DNA of 28,894 nucleotides from Nitrospiraceae bacterium (GTDB lineage Bacteria; Nitrospirota; Nitrospiria; Nitrospirales; Nitrospiraceae): NCBI GenBank assembly GCA_036380815.1, contig DASVEA010000030.1, positions 1 to 28,894 of the forward strand, read 5' to 3'. Shown piece by piece: positions 18,560 to 27,391 of this stretch (position 1 is its first letter; each line of letters starts with the position of its first letter). The notes under the pieces were generated by a model. It saw only the letters and a program-made list of their open reading frames with translations, ran no database searches and was not told where the DNA came from. The position numbers and the translations under genes were made by a program.

Positions 18560-18985
18560 ATGAACGTCGATGCTATCTGGGCTCCCGATCTCTCGACGCG
18601 CTACAAGCTACCGGTGTTTCTTGGGCGACTGCCTGCCGGGTTTCCCTCCCCGGCTGACGATTACATCGAAGGCAAGCTCGACCTCAACCGGCACCTGATC
18701 AAACACCCCGCTGCCACGTTTTTTGTCCGGGTGACAGGCGACTCTATGACTGGAGCGGGGATTCATTCGGGGGACTTGCTCATCGTGGATCGCTCGCTGG
18801 AAGCGGTTGACGGAAACGTGGTGGTCGCTGCGCTCGATGGAGAACTGACGGTCAAACGACTCTCCAAACGAGACAAGACCCTGCGTCTCCTTCCTGCCAA
18901 CCAGCACTACCAGCCGATCGAGATTCAAGCCCAACAGTCCTTTGAAATTTGGGGTGTCGTCACCAACGTTATTCACGCACTCTGA
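18560..18985 (+). CDS. umuD: UmuD-like S24 autopeptidase (Pol V subunit)
   Basis: [11 protein letters not shown] cleavage region, GDSM (Ser) and TVKRL (Lys). Confidence 0.93.
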   Translation: MNVDAIWAPDLSTRYKLPVFLGRLPAGFPSPADDYIEGKLDLNRHLIKHPAATFFVRVTGDSMTGAGIHSGDLLIVDRSLEAVDGNVVVAALDGELTVKRLSKRDKTLRLLPANQHYQPIEIQAQQSFEIWGVVTNVIHAL

Positions 18986-18993
18986 GCGGTCCC

Positions 18994-20265
18994 ATGCCTC
19001 CCGTCTTTGCCCTCGTCGATTGCAATAACTTCTACGCCTCCTGTGAACGGGTCTTTAGCCCGATGCTGGAAGGGAAGCCCATCGTCGTGCTGTCCAATAA
19101 TGACGGCTGCGTGGTTGCCCGCTCCAACGAAGCCAAGGCTCTCGGGATCGGGATGGGGGTGCCGGAATTCCAGATTCGTTCGTTGCTTCGTGCGCAACGC
19201 GTCCAGGTGTTCTCCTCCAACTACCGGCTCTATGGCGATATGTCCCAGCGGGTCATGGAAACCTTGGAGCAGTTCTGCCCGGATCTCGAAATCTATTCCA
19301 TCGACGAAGCCTTCTTGAGTTTGTCCGGCTTTACCCCTCGGAATCTCACCGAATACGGACGCACCATTCGCACCACGGTGAAACGCTGGACTGGCATTCC
19401 CGTCTCCGTCGGCATCGCAGAAACGAAGACCCTCGCCAAGATCGCGAACCGTGTCGCGAAGCGGACGCCGGACTTTGGGGGAGTGTGTGACCTACGCGCC
19501 TGTCCAGACCGAGACGCCCTGCTTGACCGGGTTGCCGTTGAAGACGTGTGGGGGATTGGGCCGAACTATGCGCATCTTCTGAAGCAACACGGCATTGCGA
19601 CGGCCTTGCAGCTACGCCAGGCAGACGATCAATGGATTCGGAAGCACATGGGCATTGTCGGCGTGCGGTTGGTCTATGAACTCAGAGGACGCTCGTGTTT
19701 GGAACTGGAAGCGTGCCCGTCACCCAAGCAGGGGATTACCTGCTCACGGGCGTTTGGCCGCTCCGTGAGCACGCTCGCTGAGATGGAAGAAGCGGTGGCG
19801 TCGTATGTCTCTCGTGCTGCGGAGAAGCTCCGCGGGGAAGGACTCGCGTCCACGGTGCTGACCGTGTTCCTGATGACGAACGAGTTCACAGATGAGCCGC
19901 AGTATCGGAACTCGGTGACTTGTTCGCTTTCTGTGGGCACGGATACGACCTCGGAACTCATTCGAGCGGCATTGCGCGGAATTCGCACCATCTACCGGGA
20001 CGGATATCGGTACAAAAAGGCGGGGGTGATGTTCACCGCCTTAGTTCCCTCAGGCCAGGTGCAGCCCGATCTCTTCGACCGCCAGGATCGTCCACGATCC
20101 AAACGCTTGATGGCCGCCCTCGATGCGGTCAATGATCGGTGGGGATCCGGCACGCTGGAATACGCGGCGAATGGATTGACGAAAGCATGGAAGACGCAGT
20201 TTCACCGTCGCTCACCGGCCTACACGACTGATTGGAATGCGCTTCCTGTCGCCCACGCGTGGTGA
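18994..20265 (+). CDS. umuC: Y-family DNA polymerase V catalytic subunit
   Basis: [38 protein letters not shown] clamp-type motif, C-terminal SPAYTTDW. Confidence 0.93.
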   Translation: MPPVFALVDCNNFYASCERVFSPMLEGKPIVVLSNNDGCVVARSNEAKALGIGMGVPEFQIRSLLRAQRVQVFSSNYRLYGDMSQRVMETLEQFCPDLEIYSIDEAFLSLSGFTPRNLTEYGRTIRTTVKRWTGIPVSVGIAETKTLAKIANRVAKRTPDFGGVCDLRACPDRDALLDRVAVEDVWGIGPNYAHLLKQHGIATALQLRQADDQWIRKHMGIVGVRLVYELRGRSCLELEACPSPKQGITCSRAFGRSVSTLAEMEEAVASYVSRAAEKLRGEGLASTVLTVFLMTNEFTDEPQYRNSVTCSLSVGTDTTSELIRAALRGIRTIYRDGYRYKKAGVMFTALVPSGQVQPDLFDRQDRPRSKRLMAALDAVNDRWGSGTLEYAANGLTKAWKTQFHRRSPAYTTDWNALPVAHAW

Positions 20266-20331
20266 CCAGATGGGACAGCGCAACAGAGCCCAGACAGACA
20301 AGAGAAAGCAAATACACAACAGCGTACGTCG

Positions 20332-21003
20332 TTACATTTTTGGGATGCGTACTGTTTTGCTGATCATCAAGGTTCCGGACAGGACGAACAGCAAGGACAA
20401 GGGGTGCAGGTCGAACGGCCCGACGTTCCACGCGCCCCAGTAGAGGCTCTCGCCCAGCCGGTCCTGCCAGGCGGCCAGGGTGAGGACGCCGGTCAGCAGG
20501 ACGGTCGTGGGAATGGGCGTGCCTTCGAAGTAGGCCACCCTGTCTTTGCCCTCGGAGAGACTCTCGGCAGTCACGTTGTAGCGGGCCAGTCGGCTGACCC
20601 CACAGCAGACGAAATACATCAGCGCGATCCAGTCCCATCCTCCACGCAGGCCGGCGACGAATCCGAGTGCCGCCGGAGCGACCCCGAACGAGATGATGTC
20701 CGCCAGCGAATCCAATTCGCGCCCGAGCGCCGAATGTATGCGCCGCCATCGGGCGACACGGCCATCGAGCCAGTCGAAGAGCAGGGCCGCCGGCGTCATG
20801 GCCGTGGCGGCGAAAAAATCGACCGACGACTGGCTGCCCATGTAGCGCAGGCTGAAGAACACGGCCGCGAGTCCGCACGCGGCGTTGGCCAGCGTCAGAA
20901 AGTCGGCCAGGTGAAACTCGCGGATCATTGAGAAGTGTTTAGGAGGAGTGGCGGCCACGGCGGGAAAATCTACGCGGGATTCCGATAAATGTCCAGAATT
21001 CAA
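20332..21003 (-). CDS. pssA: CDP-alcohol phosphatidyltransferase, likely phosphatidylserine synthase (start uncertain: TTG 21003 or ATG 20928)
   Basis: FDWLDGRVAR..LGRELDSLADIISFGVAPA motif; RLARYN; FEGTPIP. Confidence 0.85.
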   Translation of the reverse strand: MNSGHLSESRVDFPAVAATPPKHFSMIREFHLADFLTLANAACGLAAVFFSLRYMGSQSSVDFFAATAMTPAALLFDWLDGRVARWRRIHSALGRELDSLADIISFGVAPAALGFVAGLRGGWDWIALMYFVCCGVSRLARYNVTAESLSEGKDRVAYFEGTPIPTTVLLTGVLTLAAWQDRLGESLYWGAWNVGPFDLHPLSLLFVLSGTLMISKTVRIPKM

Positions 21004-21034
21004 AGCCCCTTTGCGGATTTGGCGAGGAGCGGAG

Positions 21035-21070
21035 CTGGTCTGTTTGGTTGATCTGGTTTGTCTGGTCTAT
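21035..21070. repeat. Four degenerate tandem 9-mers (YTGGTYTRT-like)
   Basis: CTGGTCTGT-TTGGTTGAT-CTGGTTTGT-CTGGTCTAT. Confidence 0.6.
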
Positions 21071-21118
21071 GGGGCAGAGGGCGAGAAGAGCGGGACGCGC
21101 GGGCTGAGATCTTTGAGT

Positions 21119-22447
21119 TCATTGACGTGTTCTACAAACAAACAGACTCTTTTCCATCATCCTTAGGGCCACGAGCAGGTTCGCTTGTGTCCACAAGAGA
21201 GGAGTTTGGTCGTTCGGTACATATCTTCCTCTCTCCAGATAGTACGCCTCCGGGCATTGGAATTCTTGAATGCCCTTGACCTTCCCCGTGAGCTGGCCAA
21301 GCGAACGATTGAAATAGTAGGTCTGTCGGTTAAGATCCCCTCTCCTTGCGGTACGTTGGTATCTTCGGCCGTACGCTGCCGACATGATGGGATCGAACAG
21401 ACACCACTGAGCCTCCTGCCCCGGCGCAAGGAGTGTATTTCTCATCTCAACCCTGTCGCTAAAATCGACCGTGCGTTGCGTCGGGTCTAATTTCTCCTTG
21501 TAGTCGGCAGCCCAATAGGAATCACCGACGTAACGCTTGATTCCGTAAGGACCCTCCAGACTCTCGGCAATGTCTTTGAGAATACGACCGCGCATCGCCT
21601 CTCCGACGATCTCAAGGGGGTAGACGAGAAATAAGAGCGCGCCGTCGTATCGTCGCTTCTTCGCTGAAGACGCTTGGACACATTCATGAGGCAGAATCCT
21701 CTTGAGCTCGTTTCGTCCACGTCGCTCCAGCGTTTTCAGGAAGGTGTCGGAGACCCGCGAGCTTCGGCCACTGAGAGCCGCGCTTGCGCATCCTTCAGAT
21801 ACGAACGCGCGAAGCTTTGCCAGCCCAGCCACCACAGCTCCGATACTTGAGGCTTCGATCTTTCGTCCTTCTTCCCAATGCCCACTGTCCTCATCCGCCC
21901 AATAGCGAATGGCCTCAAAGTAACGCGGGAAGAGAGTCAGCGTCTCCACCGCATTAGGAGGTGGCTTCAAGATCCCTTCGCAGGCGAGCGTGCAGTACAT
22001 CCAAAGAAAAATGCCGAGCGCATCGTTCTGAGCATGAGCCCACGTTTCTCCGGACTCCTGAAGGGTGACACCATTGAAGCGGACATGAGGGCGGGACATG
22101 GGATCGGCACACTTGACTCTTCCATGGATGATGTCCTCAAACCTGCGACGGTGCCGGGCGAAGAACTGCATCAGGGCGGACATGATTTGCGCAGCTGCAC
22201 GCACGTGGCCAGAGACATACAATGCATGACTCACATGGACGTTATCCCGGACCCAGACATGCTGGTATCCGCTCTGGCTGGTTGAACGAGTGACGACGGC
22301 AGCAGGAAACAAGTGCGTGCGAAGCGGAGCGAACTTGAACGTGCCGTGACGCTCAAGAAAACGTCGGAGCTGTCTTAGACGCGCCGGATCGTAATGATCC
22401 GTCATATAGGGCAGGAGCTTCTCGTTCTGTACAACGATGGGGGGCAT
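21119..22447 (-). CDS. GH15 / phosphorylase-kinase alpha-beta-like (alpha/alpha)6 hydrolase
   Basis: YQHVWVRDN, HAQNDALG, DSGHWEE, GIKRYVGDSY, PLLWTQANL. Confidence 0.8.
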   Translation of the reverse strand: MPPIVVQNEKLLPYMTDHYDPARLRQLRRFLERHGTFKFAPLRTHLFPAAVVTRSTSQSGYQHVWVRDNVHVSHALYVSGHVRAAAQIMSALMQFFARHRRRFEDIIHGRVKCADPMSRPHVRFNGVTLQESGETWAHAQNDALGIFLWMYCTLACEGILKPPPNAVETLTLFPRYFEAIRYWADEDSGHWEEGRKIEASSIGAVVAGLAKLRAFVSEGCASAALSGRSSRVSDTFLKTLERRGRNELKRILPHECVQASSAKKRRYDGALLFLVYPLEIVGEAMRGRILKDIAESLEGPYGIKRYVGDSYWAADYKEKLDPTQRTVDFSDRVEMRNTLLAPGQEAQWCLFDPIMSAAYGRRYQRTARRGDLNRQTYYFNRSLGQLTGKVKGIQEFQCPEAYYLERGRYVPNDQTPLLWTQANLLVALRMMEKSLFVCRTRQ

Positions 22448-22644
22448 GTCCAGTCTCCGGGTTACTCTACGAGCGCTTTTTGTGGTTGGAATCTACCCCA
22501 AGAGAAGAACGACATCAAATAAAGAACCCCGCCCGTGTAATGAATACAAGAGAACACTGTTGCTTTGTGCGGCATCCTCTTGCTCTTTCGTATCTTGCGC
22601 CCTGTGAGCAACCCTCCTACAATGCACTTCCCTGAGAGGCTCTC

Positions 22645-22800
22645 ATGCGCTTCACGATTCGGCCTTACCGTCACTTCCCCCTGTGTTGTCCCGTCACCTA
22701 CCACTGCGGCCTCTTTGAGGGCCACGGCACCGGGAGGAATCTCTCTCTCATGGGCTGGCGCTTCTCTAGTGATCTGCCATTGCCGCAAGGGAAGAATTGA
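22645..22800 (+). pseudogene. Frameshifted, truncated PilZ-domain gene
   Basis: MRFTIRPYRHFP, a frameshift at the C-run 22677-22680, then CCPVTYHCGLFEGHGTGRNLSLMGWRFSSDLPL (RxxxR-like and NxSxxG motifs). Confidence 0.7.
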
Positions 22801-23390
22801 GCCAATTGGAAAAGACGGTCGAGTATCAGGGATACACCATTCAATCCGCCCCGCATCACCTGGTAGACGGTGAGAAATGGCGGCTGCGCATCTTCATCTC
22901 GTTGGAAGATCACCGTGGCGTCCAAACTCGCGAATTCTCAGACGAGGTCTTGTATGCGACGGAGCAGGAAGCCGATATCCACGGGATTGCCTTTGGCCAA
23001 CGCCTCGTTGATGGAAACGTGGAAGGCCTGTCCGTCATGGATATGAAGACGGCGGATCGCCGAGCGACGCCGCGTCTCCGCGTGCAATTCCGAACCACGT
23101 TTTCGGCTGCCTCGAAACTAGAAGGAATGGGCATCATGCTTGATCTGTCTACAGGCGGATGCCGCATCGAGAGTCCGGTCACCGTGGAGCCGGGTGCGTC
23201 GTTGGAGTTGCGTATCTATGCGCCAGACATCGAATGGCCGCTCATGATTGAAGCGGCCAGCGTACAGTGGGTGAGCGGCCAGACATTCGGGCTGGCCTTC
23301 GTTCGGATCACGGAGACTGAGCACCAGCGTTTGGAGCAAGTGATCAGCGCTCTGATGGAGGAGATGGAGGATGAATCAGCGGCCGACTAG
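22797..23390 (+). CDS. PilZ-domain c-di-GMP receptor with uncharacterised N-terminal domain
   Basis: DRRATPRLRV (RxxxR) and DLSTGGCRI (DxSxxG); TTG start. Confidence 0.85.
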   Translation: MSQLEKTVEYQGYTIQSAPHHLVDGEKWRLRIFISLEDHRGVQTREFSDEVLYATEQEADIHGIAFGQRLVDGNVEGLSVMDMKTADRRATPRLRVQFRTTFSAASKLEGMGIMLDLSTGGCRIESPVTVEPGASLELRIYAPDIEWPLMIEAASVQWVSGQTFGLAFVRITETEHQRLEQVISALMEEMEDESAAD

Positions 23391-23543
23391 GCTAGCGGGC
23401 GGTGTGCAGGGTCTCTACCGGATTGACATCAGGGCCTGAAAAACCCGGTGCCGAATCGCTCGTTGTGTTGTTGAGGCGCATCATGTGTTTAGGGGAAGGG
23501 TTTAGATACGTCGTGTCGGACACCGGGGGGGCATGGAGTGTTC

Positions 23544-23903
23544 TCATTTCAGTTGAGATGAAACCGCAGCCAGCAACTCTTGCACACTGAACGGCTTCTT
23601 GAGCGTGTCGTTCGCCCCCATATGCTTCGCCGCGTCGAGATAGTCCCACTCCCATGAGCCGCCTGACATCGCAATGATCTTGCAGGCGGGTCGGGTCTTA
23701 TGAAGAAGTTGAATGACTTCCAAGCCGTCCATGCTCGGCATAAAAATATCGACGAGGGCCAGATCCACCTCCTGATGCTGAAAGAGACGCAGGCCGTGTT
23801 GCCCACTTTCGGCGGTCAGGACACGGTACCCCGCCCCTTCGAGCGCAGTCTGGCAGAGCTTCCGCAACGGATCTTCGTCATCAATGAACAGGATGGTCGC
23901 CAT
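23544..23903 (-). CDS. Single-domain response regulator (CheY-like)
   Basis: MATILFIDDED, LVDIFMPSMDG (phospho-Asp), IAMSGG, LKKPF. ATG 23903 preferred over 24098. Confidence 0.92.
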   Translation of the reverse strand: MATILFIDDEDPLRKLCQTALEGAGYRVLTAESGQHGLRLFQHQEVDLALVDIFMPSMDGLEVIQLLHKTRPACKIIAMSGGSWEWDYLDAAKHMGANDTLKKPFSVQELLAAVSSQLK

Positions 23904-24238
23904 CGAGATTGAAAAGATATTACGCCCTCTCCTCGTATCCCTCTTGTTAAATAAGACGGAAACGGTGATCGAATAAGACGAACATCCAGCAAGCCACGTG
24001 CCTAATCTGAAACGCGCATGTCCTCTGTCGTAGCCTGTGGAGTTTTCCAGCATTGCACACCCGCGCAAGCTCTTACAGGAGGATGGAACGCGGTCCATGT
24101 GAATCGAAAACGATTCGGTGCTGAATCACATTTGATTAAATTAATGGGGTACTCGCAGGCTCGCGTCGACTGCCCGGAGCAAGGCCAAGCCTACGACACG
24201 CGGGCCTAGCAAGCTATGTCTGAGCTTGTGTTTTGGGA

Positions 24239-24292
24239 AGAAGTCACGAACCGGTGCCGCCGTAGGAATGGGAGAAGAAGGAGGGGAAGTGA
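24239..24292 (+). pseudogene. Thermonuclease extreme C-terminal remnant
   Basis: HEPVPP*EWEKKEGK* resembles the PVPPWEWRK tail with TGG changed to TAG. Confidence 0.5.
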
Positions 24293-24472
24293 CAGACTTA
24301 TTCCTTGGCGTTGGCGCACTTGGCTTTAGCCTGCATCGCTCTCATGGAACGCGAATTGTCGGCCAATATAAGTCAGGTAGCGAGTCCGCCTCCCGCAGTC
24401 CCAACGACACTCAAAAGAACGACCCACCCCGCTCAATTATAAGAATGGGGAGGAGTACATTCTGGCATGCCA

Positions 24473-24559
24473 TCAATTAGGATTGTTAGTCCCCAAAATC
24501 AGACCCGCTAGCCCACAGAACACGGCGAATAAGACAGCCAAGACAATCATCGGTTCCAT
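24473..24559 (-). CDS. Putative 28-aa single-pass membrane peptide
   Basis: MEPMIVLAVLFAVFCGLAGLILGTNNPN*; AGGAGG (24565-24570) 5 nt before the ATG. Confidence 0.55.
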   Translation of the reverse strand: MEPMIVLAVLFAVFCGLAGLILGTNNPN

Positions 24560-24699
24560 GATAACCTCCTGGGTTAACCGTGGATTTGACTATGGACTCC
24601 TCTGAGTCGGTTGATCCAGCCAGCTCCTTAAATGACGCCGCTTGCACATGCTACCGGAAAAGCTTGTTTGGATCAACTAGTAATTTGGAGGGAGACATT

Positions 24700-24860
24700 C
24701 ACTCGCTGGTCAAGGATGGCTGGTGCTGGTGGTATCGGAAATACGCGCCGGTGATACGGTGCTGGACGGGAGGTGAGAACGAGCCGGCGAGGGTGCGGAA
24801 AGGTTGTGGGCTGACCCGGCTCATGTGCCGCTGTGGGAGTGGCGAAAGAGAACCAGTTGA
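24700..24860 (+). pseudogene. Thermonuclease (SNase-like) C-terminal half, frameshifted, copy B
   Basis: HSLVKDGWCWWYRKYAP, frameshift, GDTVL, further indels, then LWADPAHVPLWEWRKRTS*. Confidence 0.8.
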
Positions 24861-24973
24861 TGCAGCCAATGGAGTGGATCCAACGAGGAGTCGGAGGGCG
24901 GACGGTGGCACTGAAGGGTATGATGCATGACTGCAACTGCCTTGCTATTCTGCACAGACAGCCCGCAGCTGAC

Positions 24974-25085
24974 GGGTTCTGCCCTGCTTTTACGGACGCC
25001 TTATTACGGTCCATAATGGGCCAGGAGGGGTGGCATGGCACAACGGCGGAGGTTTTCAGCCGAGTACAAGCGTGAGGTGGTTGCG
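24974..25085 (+). mobile_element. IS3-family left-end remnant (IRL plus first 17 codons of orfA)
   Basis: GTTCTGCCCTGCTTTTACGGAC end-like sequence, AGGAGG SD, then MAQRRRFSAEYKREVVA; no integrase core and no right IR. Confidence 0.7.
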
Positions 25086-25206
25086 ATTATTGATATGGGA
25101 AGCCGGTGGCGACGGCGCACTCACAAGGAGACAGGGTCAATGAGTTGCTTGAGGAGGAAGTTCGGGACTTGCTCAAGGAGTTTCAAGAATGAAGGAGGGA
25201 AAACCG

Positions 25207-26385
25207 GTGAAAAATAGAATGGCGGCATTCGGAGTCGGGTTATTTCTTGTTCTGCTGGTACCGGTCAACCTGACCGTGGCAGCGGAGATGAAATTACATA
25301 TCCCTCCGATGTTTCAGGAACGCCCTAGTTGGTGTTGGGCAGCTGTTGGAGAGATGGTCTTCAAATACTATTACGTTCCCGCTGCTCATCGGACAGATTA
25401 CCAGTGTGGGATCGTGCAGGGTAGAAACCTTTGCAAGGGGATACCGAATTGCGTTGAATGTGATCTCTCGGCCGGTGATGAAGCTACCATGGTGAACATG
25501 CTTGAACAGTATCCTTTAATTGCTACGCGGGGCGGTACGGCTGGAGATATCGCACTTACAGTTCAATCGAAGAGCGGAAGCCTTTCTGAAGCAGAAGTGA
25601 AAAACGAGCTAGATCAGGGCCGTCCTATTATTGTTGGAATTTCACCGCCTGGGTTCAAGGTCGATGGAACGCCTCAACATATGGCCCTCATCGTTGGCTA
25701 TGATGATAGCTCCGGCGACCTGATGCTCACCGTGAATGATCCTTTCCCCTATGAAGATATGCGCTTTCTCTGGATAGGGAACGCATATCTCAGCGCGAGA
25801 GCATCAGGGGGAAGTGCTGGCGAATATGAGATCGAGTATGAAGCATTTCGTTTAAGGCTAAAGTGGACCCAGACGATTTACCGGATTACTTGTACAGGCC
25901 ATGATTGTCCGTCCGACAACCACCAAGTTCCAGTTGGCTCCGCTGGGAAAGACGACCGTGAAGTGACTCAAGCCGTTCTCACGGCATCCACTGGAGACTT
26001 CAAAACTTTAAGAACAGGACATAAAGCTGTCGATGCTGATACCGGTACAACCTGGCAGTCAAAAGTTACCTTTCCCGGGGCCAAGCAGTGCCTGGTGAGG
26101 GACAAAGACGATCATAGTGGAGCGACGTGGAGTTGCATATTCAGATTTGCAGACAGGTCGGAAGCCGACAAATCGGTGGAGGATATCGTTAAACGATTGC
26201 GCAATAGCCTGCCGAATGGTTGGGTCGGAATGGATCTTGACGAGGACACTGACACAGAGTCTTACACCAAGACAGATAAGTTTTCCGCATATAAACCTGG
26301 AAATAGCTCGGCTATCAGAGTGTACTTACTTGACACCAAGAAGGATGGGCGGGTCAAAATTTATCTTACCGTGAATAACAATTAG
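25207..26385 (+). CDS. Secreted papain-like cysteine protease (C39/C70-like) with unknown C-terminal domain
   Basis: GGAGG SD then GTG 25207; signal peptide; FQERPSWCWAA (Gln, Cys), QHMALIVGY (His), VNDP (Asp). Confidence 0.8.
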   Translation: MKNRMAAFGVGLFLVLLVPVNLTVAAEMKLHIPPMFQERPSWCWAAVGEMVFKYYYVPAAHRTDYQCGIVQGRNLCKGIPNCVECDLSAGDEATMVNMLEQYPLIATRGGTAGDIALTVQSKSGSLSEAEVKNELDQGRPIIVGISPPGFKVDGTPQHMALIVGYDDSSGDLMLTVNDPFPYEDMRFLWIGNAYLSARASGGSAGEYEIEYEAFRLRLKWTQTIYRITCTGHDCPSDNHQVPVGSAGKDDREVTQAVLTASTGDFKTLRTGHKAVDADTGTTWQSKVTFPGAKQCLVRDKDDHSGATWSCIFRFADRSEADKSVEDIVKRLRNSLPNGWVGMDLDEDTDTESYTKTDKFSAYKPGNSSAIRVYLLDTKKDGRVKIYLTVNNN

Positions 26386-26462
26386 CGTTTTGGCTAAGTC
26401 AATGACAGGATCGGCCTCTCCGTCGTCGACATAGTTTCGCCTGATTAGCTACGGGCTAAATC

Positions 26463-26479
26463 CGGGGCTAGTCGCCCCG
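26463..26479. terminator. Possible terminator hairpin between converging genes
   Basis: CGGGGC-TAGTC-GCCCCG 5 nt past the usp stop; weak U-tract. Confidence 0.3.
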
Positions 26480-26484
26480 CGATG

Positions 26485-27363
26485 CTATCGCACCACGAGG
26501 ACCGAGCAGGAACTGTGCTGCACCACCCGAGTCGAAACGGTCCCGAGGAGAAACCGGTCAATGGCGCCCAGCCCCTTGGCCCCCATTACGATCAGATCGG
26601 CATGATGTTTGGAAGCCGCCTCCATGATCTTTTCAGCTGGATTACCAGATTGACACAGAGGCTCAGCCGTATATCCCGTCTCGATCAGCTTCTGCACGCT
26701 CTGTTCGACTAATTTCCGGCCTACCTCCTTTTCTTTCAGCTCCCGCTGCTGAATCCACGGTATCGTCGGTGAGATCGTGATGGGGGCCAAAGAGCGGCGT
26801 GCCATGACATGGATCACACTTACATGAATCGACACCCGCCCGCCCATGCCGCTCAAACGATCCGGCTGAAACTTGGTCAGCACAAACGCCAATGCTTTGG
26901 CCGATGCGTCCGATCCATCGGTCGCCAAAGTGATCCGCCGCAACGGCGCCGCCTCGTCCTTGACGACAAGCACAGGGCAGGTTGCATGCTGGATGAGTTT
27001 CGTCGACACGCTGCCGAGCATGAAGCGGTCGAGGGCGTCGAGGCCCTGACTGCCCACTACCAGGAGCCCATCCCGTTTCGGCGCGCGTTTCAAGATCGCC
27101 GGTGCGACCGCTCCTTGCTCCTTGCGGACTATGCCCTTGAGCTTCAGCGACGCCAATTGCTGCTTGGCCTTCCTGAGGGTTCTTGCCGAGCTCGCTTCTA
27201 TGCGCTGAATCTCTGGCCGCGTCCGAAACGGCCCACGGAGCGCGGCGCTATCGAGCACATGCAGCACCGTCACCAGCGGCGGCTTGACGAACGGCAGCTT
27301 GGCCACCCAGTTCAGCCCCCATCGTCCATACTTCGATCCATCCGTGGCCACGAGCACATTCAT
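26485..27363 (-). CDS. Universal stress protein, tandem Usp domains
   Basis: NVLVATDGS..LLVVGSQG..LGSVS and ITLATDGS..LIVMGAKG..LGTVS; AAGGAG SD. Confidence 0.93.
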   Translation of the reverse strand: MNVLVATDGSKYGRWGLNWVAKLPFVKPPLVTVLHVLDSAALRGPFRTRPEIQRIEASSARTLRKAKQQLASLKLKGIVRKEQGAVAPAILKRAPKRDGLLVVGSQGLDALDRFMLGSVSTKLIQHATCPVLVVKDEAAPLRRITLATDGSDASAKALAFVLTKFQPDRLSGMGGRVSIHVSVIHVMARRSLAPITISPTIPWIQQRELKEKEVGRKLVEQSVQKLIETGYTAEPLCQSGNPAEKIMEAASKHHADLIVMGAKGLGAIDRFLLGTVSTRVVQHSSCSVLVVR

Positions 27364-27391
27364 GTTCTGGCTCCTTGCGTTTGAGTATCCG

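Noticed and set aside
20129-20931. ORFs 20129-20878 (-) and 20404-20931 (+)
   Set aside because: Alternative frames over pssA and the umuC end.
21035-21070. CRISPR array
   Set aside because: 9-nt tandem units with no spacers; no cas genes in the window.
24097-24145. CRP or FNR site
   Set aside because: TGTGA/TCACA half-sites are 23 nt apart rather than 6, and TTGAT-N4-ATCAA has several mismatches.
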